Origin: Hyphomicrobiales bacterium
GTDB taxonomy: Bacteria; Pseudomonadota; Alphaproteobacteria; Rhizobiales; Beijerinckiaceae
Assembly: GCA_031428455.1 (NCBI GenBank)
Contig: JANPPJ010000098.1
Location: 9,304 to 73,303 of the forward strand
Reading direction: 5' to 3'
DNA length: 64,000 nucleotides
In this document: positions 27,089-37,234 of the stretch, one piece after another
Layout of the letters: each line of letters opens with the position of its first letter
How positions within the stretch are numbered: position 1 is the stretch's first letter
Notes under the pieces: generated by a model
Database searches by the model: none
Seen by the model: only the letters and a program-made list of their open reading frames with translations
Told to the model about the DNA's origin: nothing
Position numbers and translations under genes: made by a program

Positions 27089-30000
27089 GTGGTAAGCTTC
27101 AGTTCGCGCAGCGCCTTCGCGTCGCGCGCGGTCACGTCCGGGTATTCGGGGTCTGCCGTGGCGGGGTCAAAATAGCGCCAGGACCGCGCGCATTTCACGC
27201 CCTGCGCCCGCGCCACGATGACCGCCACGCCAGGAACCTCCGGCAGCGTGAAGGCGCCGTCCGGAATATCGCCAACGGGTTCGCGGATGATATCCGAAGT
27301 GATGCAGACCTCCGCGAAATCCACACCCTCCAGCGCAACCCGAAGGTTCGCGTCGGAGATGTGAACGATCGGCGTCGCCTCCAGCGACGATCCGATCTTC
27401 TTCTCGGCGCGAGCGATTTCCAGCGCCCCGGTCACCACCGAACGGATGCGGCGGATGACCCGCCAGCGCGCTGCAAGGTCGTCATCGCGCCATTGGGCAG
27501 GCGTGTCGGCAAACGTCGCCAGATGCACGGAATCGGCGTCGGAGGGATAGCGCGCGAGCCACGCCTCTTCGCAGGTGAACGGCAGGATGGGCGCAAACCA
27601 TGTCACGACACGGCGGAAAATTTCGTCGATCACCGTCAACGCGGCGCGGCGCGTCTGGCTGGATGGCGGATCGCAATACAGCGAGTCCTTGCGCACATCG
27701 AAGTAAAACGCCGACAGATCGCTCGTCATGAACGACGACATGGCCGCAATCACGCGCTTGTAATCGAACGCCGCATAAGCGTCGCGCACCTGCACATCGA
27801 GTTCCGACAGACGGTGCAGCATCAGGCGTTCAAGTTCGGGCATATCGGCGAAGGCGACGCGCTCGCTCTCGTTGAAGTGCGCCAGCGAGCCCAGCATCCA
27901 CCGCACGGTGTTGCGCAACTTGCGATACGTCTCGACAAATGTTTTCAGAATTTCCGGCCCGATGCGCAGATCGTCCGAATAGTCAGAGGCAGCGACCCAA
28001 AGGCGCAGGATGTCTGCGCCTGAATCCTTGATGACGGTCTGCGGCGCAACGACATTGCCCAGCGACTTCGACATCTTCTGGCCCTTCTCGTCCAGAACGA
28101 AGCCGTGCGTCAGAACAACATCATAAGGCGCACGCCCACGCGTGCCGCAGCTTTCCAGCAAGGAGGAATGGAACCAGCCGCGATGCTGGTCCGATCCTTC
28201 CAGATACATCACTTCGTCAGCGCCGCCATCGCGCAGACGGTTGATGCCTGCAAGACCGGGAAAGTTCTTGGCGTCTTCCAGCGTGAACGCGTGGGTTGAG
28301 CCAGAATCGAACCATACGTCGAGCACGTCGTCGATCTTCTCGTAGTCGCTCGCGTCATAGTCGGGCCCGAGAAAACGCTGCGCCGCGCCGGCAGCAAACC
28401 ACGCGTCCGCGCCTTCCGCCTCAAAAGCCGCCGCGATGCGCGCATTGACGTTGTCATCAACGAGAATGTCGTGGGTGCCCTTCTTCACAAACACTGCGAT
28501 GGGCACGCCCCACGCGCGCTGGCGCGACACGACCCAGTCGGGCCGGTTGGCGATCATGCCGGTGATGCGGTTTTCACCTGACGCTGGCACCCAGCGTGTT
28601 TCGTCGATCCCCTTCAACGCAAGATCGCGCAGCGTGGCCGCGTTTGCTCCGGCGCCGTCGAGTCCCTTATCCATCGCAATGAACCCGGCAGCTTCCGGCT
28701 TGCCGGAAGCGTTCGCGATGGCCTTGTCCATCGCGATGAACCACTGCGGCGTATTGCGGAAGATGACCGGCTTCTTCGAGCGCCACGAGTGCGGATACTG
28801 ATGCTTGAGGCGCCCGCGCGCCAGGATGTTTCCTGCCGTCAGAAGTTCAGCGATCACCGCTTCGTTGGCGTCGCCCTTCTTGCCCTTATCGTCGATGACG
28901 CGCTTGCCTTCAAAGCCAAAGGCTTCGTTCGTGTAGAAGCCATCAGCGTCGACAGTGTAGGGGATGCGCGTTTCAATTTCACGCGCGATCAGGGCGCGCT
29001 GGTTCGACATCCAGATGTCAAAGTCTTCGCGGCCATGGCTTGGCGCGGTGTGCACAAAGCCCGTGCCCGTATCGTCGGTGACATGGTCGCCGTCGAGCAT
29101 CGGCACATCAAATTCGTAACCCGCCACACGATGCGCGAGCGGATGCGAACACGCCAGAATATCGCGCGGATCGATGCCGCGCACGCGCTCGAAATTCTCG
29201 ACGCGCGCCTGCTTGAAGACGTCCGAAGCAAGCCGGTCAGCCACAATATAAAGCGCGCCAATCTTGGCCCAATTGTCCGCAGGCGCCTGCGTGATGCGAT
29301 AAAGCCCATACTCGATCCTGGTTGAGAACGAGATGGCGCGGTTGGCGGGCAGCGTCCAAGGAGTCGTGGTCCAGATGACAACCGATGCGCCGTTGAGGTC
29401 CGCAAGGAACTCGTCCACGCCCTCAATGTCGAGCATGCTCTCGCCGCTCGACTCCATCGCCGCGCGCGTTGCGTCTTCCCTGCTGCGCGAAATCGTCTCT
29501 ACGGGAAACGCCACCCACACGGTGTCGCTGACGTGATCCTCGTATTCAACTTCCGCTTCCGCCAGAGCGGTTTTTTCAACGACGCTCCACATCACCGGCT
29601 TTGAGCCGCGATAGAGCAGGCCATTGGCCGCAAACTTCATGATCTCGCGGGCGATCTGCGCTTCGGCCGGAAACGCCATCGTGAAATAAGGGTTCGCCCA
29701 GTCGCCGGTCACGCCAAGCCGAATGAATTCGTCGCGCTGCACGTTGAGCCAGTGCGCAGCATAGGCGCGACACTCCTGCCGGAACGCGATCATCGCCGCA
29801 GCGTCCGACAGATCGGGCTTCTGCTTGCCCTTGGAGCGATAATTGTCTTCCTCGATCTTCCATTCGATGGGCAGACCGTGGCAGTCCCAGCCGGGGACGT
29901 AGTTGGAGTCGCGGCCCAGCATCTGCTGGCTGCGCGTCACGATGTCCTTCAGGATCTTGTTCAGCGCGTGGCCGATGTGGATGTTGCCGTTGGCGTAGGG

Positions 30001-30192
30001 AGGGCCATCGTGCAGCACGAACTTGGGCCGCCCGGCGCTCGTCTCGCGCAGCTTGCCGTAGAGGTCGATGGCCTTCCAGCGGGCGAGCAACTCCGGCTCC
30101 TTCTGCGGCAGGCCGGCGCGCATGGGGAAGTCCGTCTGCGGCAGATAAAGCGTCCTGGAATAATCAGGGCCTTTGGCGGGCGTATCGGTCAT
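27085..30192 (-). CDS. ileS: isoleucine--tRNA ligase
   Basis: [16 protein letters not shown] (HIGH) and KMSKSLGN (KMSKS). About 1035 aa from the internal ATG ([12 protein letters not shown]...). Confidence 0.95.
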   Translation of the reverse strand: MTDTPAKGPDYSRTLYLPQTDFPMRAGLPQKEPELLARWKAIDLYGKLRETSAGRPKFVLHDGPPYANGNIHIGHALNKILKDIVTRSQQMLGRDSNYVPGWDCHGLPIEWKIEEDNYRSKGKQKPDLSDAAAMIAFRQECRAYAAHWLNVQRDEFIRLGVTGDWANPYFTMAFPAEAQIAREIMKFAANGLLYRGSKPVMWSVVEKTALAEAEVEYEDHVSDTVWVAFPVETISRSREDATRAAMESSGESMLDIEGVDEFLADLNGASVVIWTTTPWTLPANRAISFSTRIEYGLYRITQAPADNWAKIGALYIVADRLASDVFKQARVENFERVRGIDPRDILACSHPLAHRVAGYEFDVPMLDGDHVTDDTGTGFVHTAPSHGREDFDIWMSNQRALIAREIETRIPYTVDADGFYTNEAFGFEGKRVIDDKGKKGDANEAVIAELLTAGNILARGRLKHQYPHSWRSKKPVIFRNTPQWFIAMDKAIANASGKPEAAGFIAMDKGLDGAGANAATLRDLALKGIDETRWVPASGENRITGMIANRPDWVVSRQRAWGVPIAVFVKKGTHDILVDDNVNARIAAAFEAEGADAWFAAGAAQRFLGPDYDASDYEKIDDVLDVWFDSGSTHAFTLEDAKNFPGLAGINRLRDGGADEVMYLEGSDQHRGWFHSSLLESCGTRGRAPYDVVLTHGFVLDEKGQKMSKSLGNVVAPQTVIKDSGADILRLWVAASDYSDDLRIGPEILKTFVETYRKLRNTVRWMLGSLAHFNESERVAFADMPELERLMLHRLSELDVQVRDAYAAFDYKRVIAAMSSFMTSDLSAFYFDVRKDSLYCDPPSSQTRRAALTVIDEIFRRVVTWFAPILPFTCEEAWLARYPSDADSVHLATFADTPAQWRDDDLAARWRVIRRIRSVVTGALEIARAEKKIGSSLEATPIVHISDANLRVALEGVDFAEVCITSDIIREPVGDIPDGAFTLPEVPGVAVIVARAQGVKCARSWRYFDPATADPEYPDVTARDAKALRELKLTT

Positions 30193-30408
30193 CGGGCGGG
30201 GCCAATCGTTTCGTGCGCCAGCGAGTGGCAGGCGGAGCATGTCAGGTGATTAAGGGATTTGCATGCGAAGCGCCAACGGGCAGGGCCGCAGCAGGCGAAA
30301 GTCTCCCGGCGCGCTCAGTGGCGGGCCGGGTTGGTAATTCGCTGTGTGTGCGCTGTGCAATAAAGCATGGGGCTGTTTAGCAGGAAGCGGCCAGAGCGGC
30401 GAGCCCCC

Positions 30409-31377
30409 TCAGCGCCCGGCCAATACCGCCCGCGCCTCCGCGCAGTCCGTCTCGATTTGCACCGTCAGCGCGTCCAGCCCGTCGAACTTTAGTTCCGGCC
30501 GGAGCCATTCGATGAAATCGACCTCGACATTCTTGCCGTACAGGTCGCCAGCGAAGTCGAACACGTAAACCTCAAGCAGCGGCGCGCCGTTGTCGACCGT
30601 GGGGCGGCGGCCCCAGCTTGCGACGCCGTTATGCGTCGCGCCGTCCACCTTCAGATGCACGGCATAGATGCCAAAGCGCAGGCCCGACGAGGCGTCGATC
30701 CGCAGATTGGCCGTGGGAAAGCCGATGGTGCGGCCAAGCTTCTGGCCGTGGATGATTGGACCCAGCACGAAGAAATCATGCCCCAGCAGCCGACGCGCCT
30801 GCGCAACGTCGCCTTGTTCCAGCGCCGAGCGCACGCCGCTGGAATGTACCGCATCAAGGCTGCCCTGATCGTCGGCGGTGATCTTCTCGACCACCTCGAC
30901 CGCGAAACCATGCCGCAGCCCGGCGTCGACCAAAAATGCGGGCGAGCCGACCCGTCCACGCCCGAAATGAAAGTCGTACCCGATCACCACGCCCGCTACG
31001 CCGAGCCGCCCCAGCAGGATGTCGACGACGAAGCGCTCCGCCTCCAGGCGCGCCAGCTCCGCCCCGAAGGACAGAACGATCATGCCGTCCATGCCAAAGC
31101 GCGACAGGGTCAGCGCCTTGGCGTCTTCCGGCGTCAGGCGATGCACGACGTTCCGCCCGGCGAAAAAGTCGGCCGGATGCGGCTCGAATGTCAGCACGGC
31201 GCAGGGCTTGCCCAGCTTGTCGGCCAGGGCGCGGGCGCGCGCCAGCACGCCCTGATGACCGCGATGCACGCCATCAAAATTGCCAATCGCCACCACAGCG
31301 CCCTCCAGACCCCGGGGCGGGGCGGTGGGATCGCGCGCGATGATAAAGCCGTCTGCGGCGGAAATTGGCTGACCCAT
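30409..31377 (-). CDS. ribF: bifunctional riboflavin kinase/FAD synthetase
   Basis: VVAIGNFDGVHRGHQ is the FAD synthetase motif and GFPTANL the kinase motif. Conserved ribF-ileS-lspA order. Confidence 0.9.
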   Translation of the reverse strand: MGQPISAADGFIIARDPTAPPRGLEGAVVAIGNFDGVHRGHQGVLARARALADKLGKPCAVLTFEPHPADFFAGRNVVHRLTPEDAKALTLSRFGMDGMIVLSFGAELARLEAERFVVDILLGRLGVAGVVIGYDFHFGRGRVGSPAFLVDAGLRHGFAVEVVEKITADDQGSLDAVHSSGVRSALEQGDVAQARRLLGHDFFVLGPIIHGQKLGRTIGFPTANLRIDASSGLRFGIYAVHLKVDGATHNGVASWGRRPTVDNGAPLLEVYVFDFAGDLYGKNVEVDFIEWLRPELKFDGLDALTVQIETDCAEARAVLAGR

Positions 31378-31538
31378 AAAGGAAAGACGCCCGTGCGGGA
31401 GTGCGCCAAGCCCGTGTCCTGCGCAGTCCAGAGACCGCGCAAACACCATGGACCGGCGGCATCGTCAAGCAGCCGACGAGCGATGCGAGGCAATCTTGAC
31501 AGACTAAAACCTGTAAGGTCATTGCGACTCCAAGTCTG

Positions 31539-32465
31539 ATGGAGTGTTCATTGCAGGCGGGGACGAAAAAGACCGAACGCCATCACTGGTGGCCCGAGGC
31601 CGTTTCGAATTTCTGGTGCGGCGAAGATGGCTGCGTAAGCTGGCTATGGCCATGTGGTAAAGTGGTGCGAACAAAGCCGGGAAATTTGGGGGTCATTACA
31701 AACGGTCACTACGTTAAGCTTGGGCGACATCGTGGAGAGGAAACCGCTTGGGATTTCAACTTCGAGCCGGTCTTTGGACGCGTGGACTCGGCCTTCCCTC
31801 ACGTCATCAATTTTCTTAAAGAAGTATGCCGGGAAGCAATAACAGGTCGTCCACAAACATATGATTTCATCCCCGTTGATGTTGCCGAAGAAAGCATCAC
31901 TTCTATTATCGACGGCATTATCTCATTAGCTGTTCGCATACCGATGCACCGAGAATCAGCAGCGTCAGTCGCTCGCCAGCTTCGCCCGCAACTGTCAGGT
32001 GCCGAAGCAGAGAGAATAATCACTGCAACTATAATTCACAGCTTCGAAAGTGCTCGTCGCGCAATTGGCACAAAGGGAAAGATTTGTTTGCTATTTTCAC
32101 CTTACCGCGAGTTCATATACGGCGATGGTTTTTTCAGCAACATACGAGCACCAGTTCAATTATTTCATCGTGCGAGAATGTTGATTCCTTTGACCCCGGA
32201 TATAGCGGTGCTGTTTGTGCAGCCTGAACGGTATATGGAAAAGCCACGAATTTGCGTTCGAGCGCTAAATTCAAACGAAACAGACGATCTAAACTTAGCA
32301 GTGCAGGTTTACTCGCGAAACATGATTTTTTTCCGATCGGAGTTGCCCACAAGGCATCCCGCTTTCCAAGAGCAACGGCACTTAGAGTTCGCGGATAGGG
32401 ACAACAACATTGAAAAAATCATAGAAAGAGTGCCTGGCGTACTCAGGCCGTCTTGGCCGTTTTGA
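31539..32465 (+). CDS. hypothetical protein, possibly DUF4238-like (AT-rich islet)
   Basis: 308-aa ORF; one sampled 60-nt line had 25 G+C against much GC-richer flanks. The N-terminal RHHWWPEAVSNFW resembles the HH-aromatic-x-P-x-F-x-L-x-x-F signature I associate with DUF4238. This is unverified. Confidence 0.6.
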   Translation: MECSLQAGTKKTERHHWWPEAVSNFWCGEDGCVSWLWPCGKVVRTKPGNLGVITNGHYVKLGRHRGEETAWDFNFEPVFGRVDSAFPHVINFLKEVCREAITGRPQTYDFIPVDVAEESITSIIDGIISLAVRIPMHRESAASVARQLRPQLSGAEAERIITATIIHSFESARRAIGTKGKICLLFSPYREFIYGDGFFSNIRAPVQLFHRARMLIPLTPDIAVLFVQPERYMEKPRICVRALNSNETDDLNLAVQVYSRNMIFFRSELPTRHPAFQEQRHLEFADRDNNIEKIIERVPGVLRPSWPF

Positions 32466-32483
32466 TTGCTGCACCTGCCCGCG

Positions 32484-33407
32484 TCACCAAACCAGCGAGG
32501 AGATAGCGGCTTTCGGACGCACCCCTGCCTCGCGCACCATGGCGCGCATCGCGTCCACATCCAGCGGGCCCGGCGCGCCCGGTTGCGCCTGCGGATGCAA
32601 TTCGTCGCGGTGGATGCCGGAGGTCACGAACAGTGCGTCGAGACCTCTGTCGCAGGCGCCTTTGACGTCCGTGCGGATGGCGTCGCCAATCGCGACAACG
32701 CGAGACATGTCAACGGGGCGGCCAAGGCGCGCAGCGGCCATCTCAAGCGCGCGGTCATAAATTGGGGCGAACGGCTTGCCGGCCTGCCGCACAAGTCCGC
32801 CCATCTGCTCATACCGTTCGGCCACAGCGCCCGCGCACCAGAGCATCTGGTCGCCCACATGCACCACAAGGTCCGGGTTGGCGCAGATGAACTCCATGCC
32901 GCGTGCGCGCATCTTCTCAAGTTCGGGGATGTAATGCTCAGGGGCATGATTATCGTCGAACAGGCCCGTGCAGAGCACATACTCGGCTTCATCCAGCCCG
33001 ACGCTTGGCGGGCGATGGCCGATCTGCTGCTCCATGATGGAGAAGAACGTCAGATCACGCGGCGGACCGATGTGATAGACTGGCTTCATTCCATGGGCCG
33101 CCACGAAGTTCAGCGTCACGTCGCCGGACGTCACAACTTCGTCAAAGCAGTCGCGCGGCGCGCCAAGCAGGTCGAGTTGCTCGAGAATGGGCGGAAACGG
33201 ACGCGGCGCGTTCGTCACCAGCACGACGACCCCGCCCTTGTCGCGAAACTTCCGCAGCGCTGCGCATGCTTGCGGAAAATGCTCGCGCCCGTTGTGGACG
33301 ACGCCCCAGATGTCGGAGAGCACCACGTCATAGCTATCGGCAATTTCCGAGAAGCCGGACAAGACAGGCAGGTCGCCGCCCGCGTCGAGATGGGGGATGT
33401 TGGACAT
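32484..33407 (-). CDS. HAD-superfamily class IIA hydrolase (TIGR01459-like)
   Basis: VVLSDIWGVVHNG (DxxG-type motif I), VLVTNAPR, and IGDAIRTDVKGA near the C terminus. Confidence 0.8.
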   Translation of the reverse strand: MSNIPHLDAGGDLPVLSGFSEIADSYDVVLSDIWGVVHNGREHFPQACAALRKFRDKGGVVVLVTNAPRPFPPILEQLDLLGAPRDCFDEVVTSGDVTLNFVAAHGMKPVYHIGPPRDLTFFSIMEQQIGHRPPSVGLDEAEYVLCTGLFDDNHAPEHYIPELEKMRARGMEFICANPDLVVHVGDQMLWCAGAVAERYEQMGGLVRQAGKPFAPIYDRALEMAAARLGRPVDMSRVVAIGDAIRTDVKGACDRGLDALFVTSGIHRDELHPQAQPGAPGPLDVDAMRAMVREAGVRPKAAISSLVW

Positions 33408-33557
33408 GTTTGTGGCGCTAAGGCTCCGGCGGCGTGGTGTCAAGAACTGGCTCGCGAACCTGCATATGGCGCGCATGCGCTGGCCGGGCTAGGTTACGTT
33501 CGCTTTAAGGGCCGAAACGGGCCCACGGCTGCAAGGCCGGCATGGGGAGGAATGGAA

Positions 33558-34592
33558 ATGTTTGGTAAAAAAGTCCACAGCGCGGCATTCACGCTCGCAA
33601 GTCTGGCTTGCATCTATGGCGGCGTCGCTGCCGCGCAGGATGTGTCGTCCTTTTACAAGGGCAAGCAGATGACGATCATCGTCGGCTCGTCAGCAGGCGG
33701 CGGGTATGACACCTACGCGCGCCTCGTTGGCCGCCACATGGGCAAGCACATTCCTGGCAACCCCATCTTCATCGTCCAGAACATGCCGGGCGCGGGCGGC
33801 AACGTGTCGGCGAACTATCTCTACAATGTCGCGCCGAAGGACGGCACCGTCATCGGCGCCTATCAGTCAGGCGTCATTCTGGAGCCGCTGCTGGGCAAGA
33901 CGCCGGTCAAACATGATCCTTCGAAGGCCATCTATCTCGGCAGCGCCAACGACGACGTCTACATCTGCATCGCGCGCGCTGATGCCGCGGCGAAATCGTT
34001 TCAGGATGTGATGAAAACCGAGCTTATTCTCGCCGCGAGCCAGTCCAGTTCGACCGCCGACTATCCGGAAGTGATCAACGCTGTGCTCAAATCGAAGTTC
34101 AAGCCGGTCACCGGCTATGCCGGGAGCCGCGAAATTTCACTCGCCATTGAACGCAGCGAAGCGCAGGGCGCCTGCGGCCTTGCCTGGCCATCCATCAACG
34201 CGACGCAGCCGGGCTGGTTTGATACGGGCCGCATGCGGGTCATTTTGCAGACGCACGCCAAGGGGCACCCGGAACTCAACGCCAAGGGCGTGCCGCTGGC
34301 TCACTCGTTCGCCAAGACCGACGAAGATCGCGCCATGCTGGATTTGTTCTTCAGCCAGTCGCGCTTTGGTCGCCCCTTCGTCATCTCCCCCGACGTTCCC
34401 AAGGATCGCGCGGACGCTTTGCGCAAGGCGTTCGCCGAGACGATGAAAGACCCGGAAGCGCGGGCGGAGGCCGCGAAGTTCCGTCTCGATATGGACCCGG
34501 TTTCGGCGCAGGATGTGCAGGAGGAAGTGCGCAAGGTTTATGCGTCGCCTCCCGCCATCATCGCGAAAGTGAAGGCGGCTCTGGGCAATTGA
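33558..34592 (+). CDS. Bug/TctC family substrate-binding protein
   Basis: GGAGG lies 7 nt upstream of the second ATG (MFGKKVHSAAFTLASLACIYGGVAAAQD signal). FYKGKQMTIIVGSSAGGGYDTYARLVGRHMGKHIPGNPIFIVQNMPGAGG. The upstream 1.1 kb of ORF 32466..34592 is antisense to the HAD gene. Confidence 0.85.
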   Translation: MFGKKVHSAAFTLASLACIYGGVAAAQDVSSFYKGKQMTIIVGSSAGGGYDTYARLVGRHMGKHIPGNPIFIVQNMPGAGGNVSANYLYNVAPKDGTVIGAYQSGVILEPLLGKTPVKHDPSKAIYLGSANDDVYICIARADAAAKSFQDVMKTELILAASQSSSTADYPEVINAVLKSKFKPVTGYAGSREISLAIERSEAQGACGLAWPSINATQPGWFDTGRMRVILQTHAKGHPELNAKGVPLAHSFAKTDEDRAMLDLFFSQSRFGRPFVISPDVPKDRADALRKAFAETMKDPEARAEAAKFRLDMDPVSAQDVQEEVRKVYASPPAIIAKVKAALGN

Positions 34593-34642
34593 TTTGGCCG
34601 CGCGCGGGTGAAGATATCCGCGCGCCTTTTTTGGAGACAGGC

Positions 34643-35029
34643 ATGCAGTTCATCAATCCCCCCGGCGCGCCCAAACCGACGTCTTCCTATTCGCAGGGCG
34701 TTCTTGTGTCTGCCAGCGCGAGGCGTCTCATCATCTCGGGCCAGGTTGGCGTCACGCCCGAAGGCGTTGTGCTGCAAGGCATGCGCGCGCAGACCGAACA
34801 GCTCTTCGCCAACATGAAGGCGGTGCTGCACGCAGCGGGCATGGATGCTGGCGATGTGGTGAAGATCGTCACCTATTGCACGCGGCCGCAGGAAACCGCC
34901 GTGGTGCGTGAAGTCCGGTCGCAGTTTTTTGGCGCCCACACGCCCGCAAGCACGTTTTTGATCGTGCCCGCTCTTGCAAACCCCGACTTCCTGATCGAAA
35001 TCGAGGCGGAAGCGATCAAGGAAGACTGA
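34643..35029 (+). CDS. RidA family protein
   Basis: MQFINPPGAPKPTSSYSQGVLVSASARRLIISGQVG...LIEIEAEAIK is the classic RidA pattern. Confidence 0.85.
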   Translation: MQFINPPGAPKPTSSYSQGVLVSASARRLIISGQVGVTPEGVVLQGMRAQTEQLFANMKAVLHAAGMDAGDVVKIVTYCTRPQETAVVREVRSQFFGAHTPASTFLIVPALANPDFLIEIEAEAIKED

Positions 35030-35061
35030 GACTCGCGGTTGTAACAAGCTGGAGAGACGAC

Positions 35062-35274
35062 ATGGCTGGGCAGCACGACGTTCATCTTGAAGTGAAGGGC
35101 ATGACCTGTCAGGGCTGCGTGACTGCAGTTACACGTGTCGTGCAGCGCAAGGACCCTTCGGCGCAGGTAAAGATTGATCTTGCGGCAGGACGTCTCGATG
35201 CCGCCACCACAATGGCGCCCGATGATCTGGCCAAAGCGATTTCCGCCGCCGGCTACGAAGCGCGCGTGCTCTAG
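35062..35274 (+). CDS. heavy-metal-associated (HMA) domain protein, CopZ-like
   Basis: 70 aa with GMTCQGCV metal-binding motif. No P-type ATPase is adjacent. Confidence 0.8.
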   Translation: MAGQHDVHLEVKGMTCQGCVTAVTRVVQRKDPSAQVKIDLAAGRLDAATTMAPDDLAKAISAAGYEARVL

Positions 35275-36002
35275 TTTTCGTGCGCGCCAATCGCGGCGAT
35301 GCGCCCGTCCACGATATGCACGCGACGGTCCGCCTTTGCGGCAAGATCAAGATCGTGCGTCACGATGATGATGGCCTTGGCGTGATCCGCACGCGATGAA
35401 TCCACGAGATTGCGCATGATGGACAACACCTGTCCGCTCGAAACGGTGTCGAGGTTGCCGGTCGGCTCGTCGGCGAGGATGACCAGCGGATCATTCGCCA
35501 GCGCGCGTGCGATGGCGACGCGCTGACGCTGTCCACCCGACATCTGGTCCGGCCGTTTGCGCGCATGATCGGCAAGACCCAGCGAAGCCAGGATATCAAG
35601 CGCGCGTGTCTGCATGGCTTTGTCGCTCAGCTTGCCCAGCGCACGCATGGGCAGCATCACGTTGTCCATCGCAGTGAACTCGGGCAGCAGAAAATGAAAC
35701 TGAAAGACAAAGCCGAGCGATGAAAGACGCAGCGCAGCGCGGGCGTCTTCGCTCAGTCCGCTTGTGGACTTGCCATCGACGTAAACTTCGCCAGTGGTTG
35801 GCTTGTCGAGCAGCCCCAGCAAGTAAAGTAGCGACGACTTGCCAGAACCCGAAGGCCCGGTGACCGCGACGAACTCGCCGGGCTGCACGGCAAAATCTAT
35901 TCCCGCGACAAGCGTCGTTGGTATGTCGCCGCCGATCACGCGAGTCACGGCGCGCGTCTCGATCAGCGGCCGCGCGAGAGGCGCGATTTGCGACGCGCTC
36001 AT
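35271..36002 (-). CDS. ABC transporter ATP-binding protein (MacB/LolD/DevA type)
   Basis: Walker A GPSGSGKSS, signature SGGQRQRVAIARAL, Walker B ILADEPTGNLD. Confidence 0.9.
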   Translation of the reverse strand: MSASQIAPLARPLIETRAVTRVIGGDIPTTLVAGIDFAVQPGEFVAVTGPSGSGKSSLLYLLGLLDKPTTGEVYVDGKSTSGLSEDARAALRLSSLGFVFQFHFLLPEFTAMDNVMLPMRALGKLSDKAMQTRALDILASLGLADHARKRPDQMSGGQRQRVAIARALANDPLVILADEPTGNLDTVSSGQVLSIMRNLVDSSRADHAKAIIIVTHDLDLAAKADRRVHIVDGRIAAIGAHEN

Positions 36003-37234
36003 GACGCGCCCCTGATGATGTCAACCGGCTGCAGCGCAGCCGCCTTGCGCGCGGGGAAAAAGCCTGCAATCGCCGACGCGGCGAGCGCCACGGAGCCAGC
36101 GAGAAGATAATGCGCCGGCGAATAGAGGATAGGCAATCGCGTGGCGTCCATGAATGGCGATTTGAATTCAACCTGCCCCATTGCGAGCGACATGGCGTAG
36201 CCGAGCGCCCAACCCGCGAGCACGCCCATTACGCCAATCATCAACGCCTCGATCACGAAGATGCGTCGCACAGTGCGCGCTGGCATGCCGAGTGATTTCA
36301 TGATGGCGATGTCGCGCGTCTTCTCGTGGGTGATGGTTGAGATGATGTTGTAGGTGCCAAACGAGGCGACCAGAAGGATCGCGCCCACCACAGCGAACAT
36401 GATGAAGTTACGTATCTGGAATGCGGCCAGCAAATCCTCGTTCGCCTCCAGCCATGAAACGGACTTGTAGCGCGTCTCCGCTTCAATGCGCTGGGCGATC
36501 TCACGGGCGCCCAGCGCGTCATGGGTGCGCACGCGTATCTCGTTCACAAGGCCCGTCTGTCCCGCCAGAATCTGCGCGGTCTTGATGAGCGTGTGCGCCT
36601 GGTTTTCATCAAGTTGATTGACGCCTGTGCGCGAGAGCGCGACCACGGTCGCCGAGATTGTGCGGCCGTTGCCGCCCACCACTGAAACCGAATTACCCAC
36701 GCGCGCGCCAATGCGTTTGGCAAGGCCCGAACCCAGAATGATCGCGTTGGACGATTTGTAGAGATCGTTCAGCGAGCCAGCCACAATCTGCGTCGCCAGC
36801 TTCGAGACATTGGGCTCGCGTCGCGGATCAATGCCGATGACGCTCGCGGCCGTATCACGGCCCGCAAAGCGCAGCACGGCCTTTGATTGCACCGAGGGCG
36901 CAACCGCGCCCGGCAGCCAGCTTTCGATGGACGCAATGATGGCGTAAGGATTTTTGATGCCGGGGCGAATGACCGGCGTTGTCAGCCCGCGAATTTCAAC
37001 TGCGTCGAATACATCTTCCGCCGGTTGCGGCGGCGGCTCGCGGCGCTGATCGCTGACTGAAATATGGGGCAGGGCGTCGACGAGTTGCGAGACGAAGTCG
37101 CGTTGCGAGCCTTCCATCAACGCGGCCATCATCACGGAAAAGCCGACGCCTGTGGCCACGCCCAGCAGACCCACCATCGTCTGGCGCAAGCGAGCGCGGA
37201 TGTGCGTGGTGGCGATGGAAAGGACGAGGCTCAT
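35999..37234 (-). CDS. ABC transporter permease, FtsX/MacB-type (DevC-like)
   Basis: 411 aa: N-terminal TM, large periplasmic domain, C-terminal FtsX-like 3-TM module. 4-nt overlaps with both neighbours. Confidence 0.85.
   Translation of the reverse strand: MSLVLSIATTHIRARLRQTMVGLLGVATGVGFSVMMAALMEGSQRDFVSQLVDALPHISVSDQRREPPPQPAEDVFDAVEIRGLTTPVIRPGIKNPYAIIASIESWLPGAVAPSVQSKAVLRFAGRDTAASVIGIDPRREPNVSKLATQIVAGSLNDLYKSSNAIILGSGLAKRIGARVGNSVSVVGGNGRTISATVVALSRTGVNQLDENQAHTLIKTAQILAGQTGLVNEIRVRTHDALGAREIAQRIEAETRYKSVSWLEANEDLLAAFQIRNFIMFAVVGAILLVASFGTYNIISTITHEKTRDIAIMKSLGMPARTVRRIFVIEALMIGVMGVLAGWALGYAMSLAMGQVEFKSPFMDATRLPILYSPAHYLLAGSVALAASAIAGFFPARKAAALQPVDIIRGAS

Noticed and set aside
32466-33551. 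N-terminal 360 aa of the 708-aa ORF 32466..34592
   Set aside because: This part is antisense to the HAD hydrolase gene. The Bug protein starts at the SD-preceded ATG at 33558, which has a normal signal peptide.
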